Below, piece after piece: positions 13,600-19,965 of a stretch of DNA of 21,102 nt. Location: assembly GCA_046758505.1 (NCBI GenBank), contig JBHIAH010000045.1:1-21102 (forward strand), written 5' to 3'. The notes beneath the pieces were generated by a model. It saw only the letters and a list, made by a program, of their open reading frames with translations. It did not search any database and had not been told where the DNA came from. A program made the position numbers and the translations under genes. Source of the stretch: Candidatus Methylomirabilales bacterium (GTDB lineage: Bacteria > Methylomirabilota > Methylomirabilia > Methylomirabilales > CSP1-5). Position 1 is the stretch's first letter; each line of letters begins with the position of its first letter.

Positions 13600-16272
13600 A
13601 TGGCGACACCGTATTACATCGCTGAAGGTCGGGTTCCTCTGCCTCCCAAGGATGCCGATGTCTTGACCATATGCTGCGACTACTGTGTGGTGGCCTGCGG
13701 GTACAAAGTGTACCGGTGGCCGGTGGGGAGGGAAGGGGGGCCGAGAGCTGGTGAGAATGCCCTGCGGGTTGACTTTCCCGTGGCGGTCAATACCGGGAAG
13801 TGGGTGAGCCCCAACATGCATAACGTCGTGATGCATGAGGGCCGGCCCCACAACGTCATCGTGATCCCCGATGCGGATTCGAAGGTGGTGAACGTCGGGG
13901 GGACCCACAGCATCCGGGGGGGGTGCATCGCGCAGAAATGCTACAACCCCCAGAAGCCTACCGCCGACAGGCTCCAACATCCCCTGCTCAGGGTCGGTGG
14001 CTCTCTCCAGATGGTCTCGTGGGGTGCCGCGTTGGACATCATGGCCGAGGTCTCTAAGCACGTCATCAAGAATTATGGGCCCCACGCCTGGGCCATGAAG
14101 ATGTTCAGCTACCAGTTCTTTGAGAACACATACGCCCTGACCAAGATCGCCTTCCGGCACATCAAGACCCCGGCTTGGGCCTCGCACTGGACCGGAACCG
14201 CCAACACCAATTCAACCCCGGGATTCAGGGATGTGGGGTTCGACAACTTCGGCCCGGCCTACGAAGACTTCAAGAACGCCGATGTCCTGTTCTGCTCGGG
14301 CTCGGACCCCTTTGAGACCAAGACGGTGCTCTTCACCGCCTGGATCCTGCCAGGGATCTTGGAGCACGGCCTCAAGGTGATCATGGCGAACCCGCGGAAG
14401 ACCACCGGCGCGGCCTTTTCCGAACAGCACGGCGGCCTCTTCCTCCAGGTCGAGCCGGGGAGCGATACCGTCCTTCACATGGCCATCTCCAGGGTCATCC
14501 TCGAGAACGGCTGGGAGGATCGGGACTGGATTGCCAAGTACACCTCCAACAAGTGGGAAACCGATTCCGGATTCGGGCAGGGAACACGGAACACTCCGTG
14601 GCAGTGGAGGACGACCTGGGGCAAGCTCGAGGGCCGAAGCTTCGAGGATTACAAGAAGTGGCTCCTCGCGCAGAAGGAATCCACCCTGGACTTCGCGGAA
14701 AAGGAAACCGGCGTGCCCCGGCAGAAGATCATCAAGGCCGCGGAGATGATGGCGAAGCCCGTCAATGGCAAGCGCCCCAAGACGACCATCGGCATTGAGA
14801 AGGGAAACTACTGGTCGAACAACTATCTCAATACGGTCTCGATTGCGACCCTAGCCCTTCTCTGCGGGACCGGGAACCGGCCCGGTCAGATGATCGGGAG
14901 GTTTGGTGGCCACCAGCGGGGAGGCAACACCGCGGGGCGATATCCCAACGAGAGGTCGCCGGAGAAGTATCCCGGCCGGAGGAAGAGGAAGATTGATCTC
15001 GACCGATGGGTTCAGACCGGAAACGTGAGGTTTGCCTGGGTCATCGGGACCACCTGGATCCAGTCCATGGCGGCGGGGGCCGAGCTGCGTAAGGTCTTTG
15101 ACGCCATGACCCGACGCAACCCTTACCAGATCGAAGGCTTCGATACGGCGCGGGCCATCGAGACGCTCAAGAAACGGGTCGATAGCGGCGGGATGGTGGT
15201 GGTCGAACAGGACATCTACCTGCGGGATCCCATCGGGTCCAAGTATGCCGATATCGTTCTGCCGGCCGCGACCTGGGGTGAAGAGGATTTCACCCGGTGC
15301 AACGGAGAGAGAAGACTCCGCCTCTACCAGAAGTTCTATGATCCCCCGGGCGATGCGAAGCCCGACTGGTGGATCGCGGCCCAGTTTGCCAAGCGGATGG
15401 GCTTCGAGGGCTTTGACTGGAAGGATTCCAATGAGGTCTTCGAGGAGGGCGCACGGTTCAGGAGGGGAAGCCGCGTCAACTACCATCCCCTGGTCTGGCT
15501 CGCCAAGAAGAATGGGATGCGGGGCCACGACCTCTTGCAGACATACGGGACCCACGGCATCCAGTGCCCCATCCGGTACGAGGATGGGAACCTCGTTGGG
15601 ACCGTGAGACTCCACGACTCCACCCTCAAGCTTCCCGAGACCGGTCCCCAGGGGCCGACGGTCTGGCGGAAATGGCTCACTGCTTCCAAATCTCAGTCCG
15701 GGAAGTTCAACTGGATGCGGTCGCCATGGGACCTCTTCGCTGACTACTATGACTGGCTGAAGCCCAGGGGAGACGAGCTCTGGCTGAGCAATGTCCGGAT
15801 CAACGAGACCTGGCAGACCATGTTCGACGACATAAGGAAGCCGTACATCGCCCAGCGCTGGCCCGAGATCTTCGTAGAGATCCACCCGGACGATGCCCGG
15901 CCCCGGGGCATCGAGAGCGGGGACGCGGTCAGCCTCACCAATGACAGGATTCCCGTCCAGACGGGAGGGTTCTACGGGGTCATGGCGGATGACGCGAGCT
16001 TCACAGGCCTGATGAAGAACGGCCATATCAAGATGACCAGAGCGTCCATTTCCGCGGTGGCGATCGTCACCCCGGCGGTGAAGAAAGGGGTCGTGGCAGC
16101 CCTGAAGTTCGACATGACCAACTCGGTCAATGACCTCATTCCGCGGGTAACCGACCCCTTCAACAACCACTATCGCTTCATGCTGGCGGTGGCAAAGGTC
16201 AAGAAGATCGGGGAATCGCCGTACAAGAGGTCGCTCAATGCCATGAGCTTTGCGCGGAGAGATATCGTGTAG
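13600..16272 (+). CDS. idrA: Molybdopterin oxidoreductase large subunit of the AioA/IdrA family, IdrA (iodate reductase)-like
   Basis: VPLPPKDA..T..CDYCVVACGYKVYRWP and HSIRGG give the [3Fe-4S] pattern CxxCxxxC..S. IdrA-type segments: WAMK..SYQFFENTYA.TK, KWE.DSG.G.GTRNT.WQWRTTWG, EKGNYWSNNY.N, GGHQRGG (AioA has GGHQEG), SPEKYPGRRK, C-terminus R.IV. No signal peptide. Two CcP genes and a Rieske gene are adjacent. Confidence 0.88.
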   Translation: MATPYYIAEGRVPLPPKDADVLTICCDYCVVACGYKVYRWPVGREGGPRAGENALRVDFPVAVNTGKWVSPNMHNVVMHEGRPHNVIVIPDADSKVVNVGGTHSIRGGCIAQKCYNPQKPTADRLQHPLLRVGGSLQMVSWGAALDIMAEVSKHVIKNYGPHAWAMKMFSYQFFENTYALTKIAFRHIKTPAWASHWTGTANTNSTPGFRDVGFDNFGPAYEDFKNADVLFCSGSDPFETKTVLFTAWILPGILEHGLKVIMANPRKTTGAAFSEQHGGLFLQVEPGSDTVLHMAISRVILENGWEDRDWIAKYTSNKWETDSGFGQGTRNTPWQWRTTWGKLEGRSFEDYKKWLLAQKESTLDFAEKETGVPRQKIIKAAEMMAKPVNGKRPKTTIGIEKGNYWSNNYLNTVSIATLALLCGTGNRPGQMIGRFGGHQRGGNTAGRYPNERSPEKYPGRRKRKIDLDRWVQTGNVRFAWVIGTTWIQSMAAGAELRKVFDAMTRRNPYQIEGFDTARAIETLKKRVDSGGMVVVEQDIYLRDPIGSKYADIVLPAATWGEEDFTRCNGERRLRLYQKFYDPPGDAKPDWWIAAQFAKRMGFEGFDWKDSNEVFEEGARFRRGSRVNYHPLVWLAKKNGMRGHDLLQTYGTHGIQCPIRYEDGNLVGTVRLHDSTLKLPETGPQGPTVWRKWLTASKSQSGKFNWMRSPWDLFADYYDWLKPRGDELWLSNVRINETWQTMFDDIRKPYIAQRWPEIFVEIHPDDARPRGIESGDAVSLTNDRIPVQTGGFYGVMADDASFTGLMKNGHIKMTRASISAVAIVTPAVKKGVVAALKFDMTNSVNDLIPRVTDPFNNHYRFMLAVAKVKKIGESPYKRSLNAMSFARRDIV

Positions 16273-16302
16273 GGCGGATCATTCATCATTCATGAGCGCG
16301 CC

Positions 16303-16390
16303 TGAGACCCTCGCCCCGACGCTCTCCCTCTTGAGGGAGACCTTTTGAGACCCTCGCCCCCAGCGGGGGAGAGGGGAGGGTGAGGGGGGG
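16303..16390. repeat. Pair of REP-like palindromic repeats downstream of idrA, including a terminator-like hairpin
   Basis: 15-bp direct repeat TGAGACCCTCGCCCC (16303-16317, 16346-16360). Hairpin TCTCCCTC-TT-GAGGGAGA (16323-16340) followed by CCTTTT. The second unit CCCTCGCCCC..GGGGAGAGGG GAGGGTGAGGGG resembles the widespread CCCTCACCC..CCCTCTCCC..GGGAGAGGG repeat. Confidence 0.6.
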
Positions 16391-16418
16391 CTGAGGTGTC
16401 TCGCGGGAGGATGAGGGA

Positions 16419-17267
16419 ATGGCAAAGCAAGAGCGCGGAATCGGAGGCGTTGCGGCGAGGGAGACCTGGATCCCGCCTGCTGCAAGGTCCCTTCAGGTGG
16501 ACGAGCCGGAGTCACTGAGGAGGCTCAAGGCCGCAATGGCGCCAGTGCAGTTCAAGGTGGCCATCACCGGCACGGAGCGCGGAGCAGGCGTGAGCACTGT
16601 CGCGGTGAACCTTGCCTTGGCCCTGGCTCGGGCGGATCGAGACGGTCACGCCGGCGCGGTGCAAAAGAAGCCCCAAATGGGGATCCTCCATCTGGGAGTG
16701 GCCCCCAAGCCGGCTCTCGACCCTGCGGGGATGAAGGTTCTCTCCCTGGAGACCCTTCTCGGCGGTCCGCTCGCCCTGCAAACGGGGGTCAGCACGGACT
16801 GGCGGGTAGTGCAGGAGTCCCTCACCCGGGTCGATTGGAAGGGAATTGATTTCCTCCTAGTCGAGCTGCCTTTCGGGATCGGGATCGTGGGAGACTTTTC
16901 AGAACTCTTCCCTGCGATGGATGCCGCCTGCATTGTCACGTTGCCCACCGAAGGCGCGCGGGATCGTATCAGGAGAGCCTGGAAGTTCTTCGACGCTAGC
17001 AGCATCCCGGTCATTGGGCTGGTGTCGAACATGGAAGGACGCTTCAAGGGTGAGGAGGTGGAGGACCTGGGTCAGACTTTTGGCATCCCCCTCCGCGTGG
17101 GGCTCCCCCATGAGCCCGCCCTGGCCACTATCCAGGCCGGTGCCGCTCCCTACATCCTGGCAAACAGGGAGGCAAAGGTCAGCAGGGCCTTCTTCGACCT
17201 CGCGGATGACCTGGTGGACTATCTTTTCTGGCTTCGCGACGAGGGCGATCAGGAGGAAGAATTCTAA
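16419..17267 (+). CDS. Mrp/NBP35 (ApbC)-like P-loop protein with degenerate Walker A and no CxxC motif
   Basis: KVAITGTERGAGVSTVAVNLALALA, VDWKGIDFLLVELPFGIG, AACIVTLP and IPVIGLVSNM align with the Mrp motifs SGKGGVGKSTVAVNLA, WG.LDYL.ID.PPGTGD, G.V.VTTP and G.VENM. Confidence 0.75.
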   Translation: MAKQERGIGGVAARETWIPPAARSLQVDEPESLRRLKAAMAPVQFKVAITGTERGAGVSTVAVNLALALARADRDGHAGAVQKKPQMGILHLGVAPKPALDPAGMKVLSLETLLGGPLALQTGVSTDWRVVQESLTRVDWKGIDFLLVELPFGIGIVGDFSELFPAMDAACIVTLPTEGARDRIRRAWKFFDASSIPVIGLVSNMEGRFKGEEVEDLGQTFGIPLRVGLPHEPALATIQAGAAPYILANREAKVSRAFFDLADDLVDYLFWLRDEGDQEEEF

Positions 17268-17524
17268 CCCGCCATAACTTCATTCTGCTGATTTCCCTAG
17301 CCCCCGCTACGCCGGAATTGCGCCTAAGGTATTTCACGCGATTCACATGTACGACCTGATCTTCTCGCCAGCAACAGAGCGGGTGTCTCCGGTCATTGAC
17401 ACAGAGGGCAGATGCAAATCAGCGTTTCTCCGGTCAAGGTGATCCCCAGTCCCCAGGAACTCCTCTCGCCGCTTCCTGCGCATGATCGGTTGCTCCCCAT
17501 CGGTGAGCTAAAGGAGGGGGGGTT

Positions 17525-17614
17525 CCGGAAGCCATTTGGCCCTATTACCCCAGGGCCAAAAAAAACTGTCCGTGTTCCCTGTTCGGCACTTTTGTCCACT
17601 CTGCCGTTGATCGA
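17525..17614 (+). promoter_or_regulatory. Operator/promoter element (copy 2 of the idr promoter element)
   Basis: CCGGAAGCCATTTGGCCCTATTACCCCAGGGCCAAA...CGGCACTTTT (17584-17593)...GCCGTTGATCGA. It contains the inverted repeat TTTGGCCCT-N8-AGGGCCAAA. The TGGCCCTATT-to-CGGCACTTTT offset is 47 nt in both copies. Confidence 0.7.
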
Positions 17615-17629
17615 TCATCTGTACTAGTT

Positions 17630-18013
17630 ATGGAAGGGTCTGTCGCGGTGGCAGTGGTGGATGGCAATGCCGGAGCGCGCCAGGCGCTGGTGCGGCAGCT
17701 CGGGCAGGTGCATGGGGTCTCGGTGGTGGGGGAAGCGGAGGATCCTGAGGAGGCCCTGAGGATGGTCCGGGACCAGCGGCCCCAGGTGGTGGTGATGGAC
17801 GTCCGGCGGATGGAGCCTAAGGGGCCCGAGTTCGTGGGGCGGCTGGTGGCTGACGCCCCCGGCTTGGCTGTCGTGATCCTCACCGCGTACCTCACCGAGC
17901 GGGAGCGCTACGACCTGGTGGGGGCCGGTGCCCGCGCCATCCTCCTCAAGGAGATCGACTCCGGGGCACTCGTCCGGACGATCCGCACAGTCGCCGCCCC
18001 GACTTGGGGCTAG
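17630..18013 (+). CDS. Stand-alone receiver (REC) domain protein of NarL type, no DNA-binding domain
   Basis: 127 aa. VAVVDG, VVGEA, RPQVVVMDV (phospho-Asp), VILT, GA...LLKE. Ends before any HTH. Confidence 0.85.
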   Translation: MEGSVAVAVVDGNAGARQALVRQLGQVHGVSVVGEAEDPEEALRMVRDQRPQVVVMDVRRMEPKGPEFVGRLVADAPGLAVVILTAYLTERERYDLVGAGARAILLKEIDSGALVRTIRTVAAPTWG

Positions 18014-18032
18014 CGAAAGGGGGGTCAGAGGC

Positions 18033-18773
18033 GTGAGGTATCTCAGGGCGTTTATGCTGGCGGCTCTGCTGCTCGCCCCATCGGTGGCCGTCGCCTACGA
18101 GGTGGTGCCGGTGGCCAACGGGGGGGCGATCGTCGGCCGCGTGAAGTTCAAGGGCGCTCCCCCTCCTAACCGGAGGATCCTGATCACGAAGAACTTCGAC
18201 GTGTGCGGGAGGGGAGAGAGGGAGATCCCGGAGGTGGTCGTCTCAGCGGAAGGCGGTCTCCAAGAGACTGTGGTGTATATCGAGAAGATCCGCAAGGGGA
18301 AGGCGTGGGCGAACGCCGACGGGGGAGAGTACCTGCTCAACCAGAAGGGATGTCGGTTTATCCCGTACTTCAGAGTGGTTCCGAAGGGGCAGACGATGAT
18401 CATTCAGAACAGCGACCCGGTGCTCCACAACATCCATGTGCGCGAGCTCATCGGGAGGGCCCGGCGGACCCTTTTCAATTTCGGGCAACCCCGGCAGGGG
18501 CAGCGGGTCCCTCAGAAGATCCGCCCCATCCGGAGCAGTCGCATCAAGATTGAGTGCGAGGCGCACAATTTCATGCACGCCTGGATGTTTGCTGCCAAGA
18601 GCCCGTACTACGCCGTCACGAGCGTGGACGGCTCGTTTCGAATCGACCAGGTCCCCCCGGGAACCTATACCGTCAAGGCCTGGCATCCCGTCCTGGGAAC
18701 CCAGAAGCGGACGGTAACCGTTCCACCAAATGGAGGGGCGGAGGTCTCTTATGAATTTTCGGCTGAGAAATGA
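18033..18773 (+). CDS. Secreted cupredoxin-like protein with carboxypeptidase-regulatory-like domain
   Basis: GTG 18033 after a G-rich RBS. Signal peptide MRYLRAFMLAALLLAPSVAVA. Motifs NQKGCRF.P, NSDPVLHNIH and CEAHNFMHAW (type-1 Cu-like His..Cys-x2-His-x2-Met), GSFRIDQVPPGTYTVKAWHP.LG. Confidence 0.8.
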   Translation: MRYLRAFMLAALLLAPSVAVAYEVVPVANGGAIVGRVKFKGAPPPNRRILITKNFDVCGRGEREIPEVVVSAEGGLQETVVYIEKIRKGKAWANADGGEYLLNQKGCRFIPYFRVVPKGQTMIIQNSDPVLHNIHVRELIGRARRTLFNFGQPRQGQRVPQKIRPIRSSRIKIECEAHNFMHAWMFAAKSPYYAVTSVDGSFRIDQVPPGTYTVKAWHPVLGTQKRTVTVPPNGGAEVSYEFSAEK

Positions 18774-18925
18774 ACCGTGCCATGTACACGTTCATGATCG
18801 GCCTGACGGGGCGCCCTCTGCCGTCTTACGCCGACGTGTTGACCGCTGAACAGGCTTGGGCTCTCGCCTACTACGTTGAGGAGGTCATCAAAAAGGGGCA
18901 GAGCGGGGTGAGTGGGGTTTTGTGA
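18770..18925 (+). pseudogene. 51-aa ORF resembling only the C-terminal half of a class I cytochrome c (remnant or heme-less mini-protein)
   Basis: MNRAMYTFMIGLTGRPLPSYADVLTAEQAWALAYYVEEVIKKGQSGVSGVL resembles TF..GL.GTPMPSY...L...E.W.L..YV of c-type cytochromes. No CxxCH, and Leu at the axial Met position. ATGA overlap upstream, TGATG overlap downstream. Not in the ORF track. Confidence 0.55.
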
Positions 18926-19965
18926 TGGGTCTCCAGCCTGCATTCGCGCGTAGGGTCAGGCTGCTGCTCAGATCACTCCGACGGTGCTCAACCTTCACGA
19001 GACCGGTCGGGACCGTGGCGGGAGTGCTCATGCTCTGGACGACCTCCTGGGCAGGCCCGGTTGCCGCCGCCGCTCCCGCGGAGGTTCTCAAGTCCTACCT
19101 GAAGGCCATCTACGCCCGGGATTACTCAGGGGCGTACGATTGGATCTCTCAGGAGGACCGGAAGCTCAAGACCAAAGAGGAATACCTGCGTGAGAACGCC
19201 GCCTTCTCAGGGGCGGCCCTCGAAATGGCCCAGGCTCTCGCCTCACTGATTCGGTTTGAGGATCTCAAGACGGAGATTGAGCAGCACCACGCCACGATCA
19301 CGTTCAGAGCGGTTGTCCCGAACGTGAACGACCCCGCCGTCGACGACCTCCTTCTGGGGTTCAACGAAGAGCGCCTAGCCCTCCTCTCTCCTGGCGACCG
19401 CCGGGCGAGGTCGGATCAGCTTCGGGAGATGGCGAGGACACGGCGCCTGCCGGTGATCGAGGGGAACGAGCAATGGGAGCTGATCCGCGACGACGGATCG
19501 TGGCGGGTCTTTCTCAACTGGGCGGGAGCGGTGGCGGTCCACTTCGAGGCGGTGACGAAGAGCGGACTGCCGTGGCAATTCGTCCCGGTCCAGCCCGTGG
19601 TTCGCGCCACCCCGGGGGAGACCCTCCAGACCTACTACCGCGTGAAGAACCTCTCGGACCGGGAGATCACGGCCAAGTCCCGCCACGTCCTCAATCCCCC
19701 CGAGGAGACGGGATACCTCGAGGTTATCTCCTGCTTCTGCCTTCTCGAGCAGACCCTGGCTGCGGGAGAGGAGCAGAGGTTGCCGGTCGTGTTTCGGGTG
19801 AGCTATGACATCCCGGAGTCGGTCCAAGAGATCCGGGTTCGCTACGAGTTCTACCCGATCGGGCAATTTCCGTGGCGACAGCCTCTTGGGGCTACGACGG
19901 AGAGGTCCGGGGGTCACTTTGAAGTCCACCGGCCCGAGCAGTTCCAAGCGGAACGACGCGAGTGA
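18925..19965 (+). CDS. CtaG/Cox11 copper-delivery domain fused to an N-terminal domain of unknown function
   Basis: C-terminal half has the Cox11 pattern V.FEA....LPWQF.PVQ..V...PGET....YRVKNLSDREI......H...P......YL..ISCFCL.EQTL.AGEE..LPVVFRV...IP......V.YEFY. The N-terminal ~190 aa carry a signal-like hydrophobic stretch and YLKAIYARDYSGAYDWIS. Start uncertain (18922, 18925 or about 19015-19030). Confidence 0.8.
   Translation: MGLQPAFARRVRLLLRSLRRCSTFTRPVGTVAGVLMLWTTSWAGPVAAAAPAEVLKSYLKAIYARDYSGAYDWISQEDRKLKTKEEYLRENAAFSGAALEMAQALASLIRFEDLKTEIEQHHATITFRAVVPNVNDPAVDDLLLGFNEERLALLSPGDRRARSDQLREMARTRRLPVIEGNEQWELIRDDGSWRVFLNWAGAVAVHFEAVTKSGLPWQFVPVQPVVRATPGETLQTYYRVKNLSDREITAKSRHVLNPPEETGYLEVISCFCLLEQTLAAGEEQRLPVVFRVSYDIPESVQEIRVRYEFYPIGQFPWRQPLGATTERSGGHFEVHRPEQFQAERRE

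Noticed and set aside
1516..16170. Long minus-strand ORFs (for example 1516-2607, 3648-4901, 11637-12593, 12943-14187, 14851-16170)
   Set aside because: They are antisense shadows of well-supported + strand genes, expected in GC-rich DNA, and show no recognisable motifs.
13600..16272. Annotation as canonical arsenite oxidase aioA/aioB
   Set aside because: It lacks the AioA HNRPAYNSE loop and GGHQEG motif, has IdrA-type segments, is flanked by two CcP genes, and no ars or aioXSR genes are in the window.
17607..17618. FNR box-like TTGATCGATCAT
   Set aside because: The spacer is 2 nt instead of the 4 nt in TTGAT-N4-ATCAA, and the right half is imperfect.
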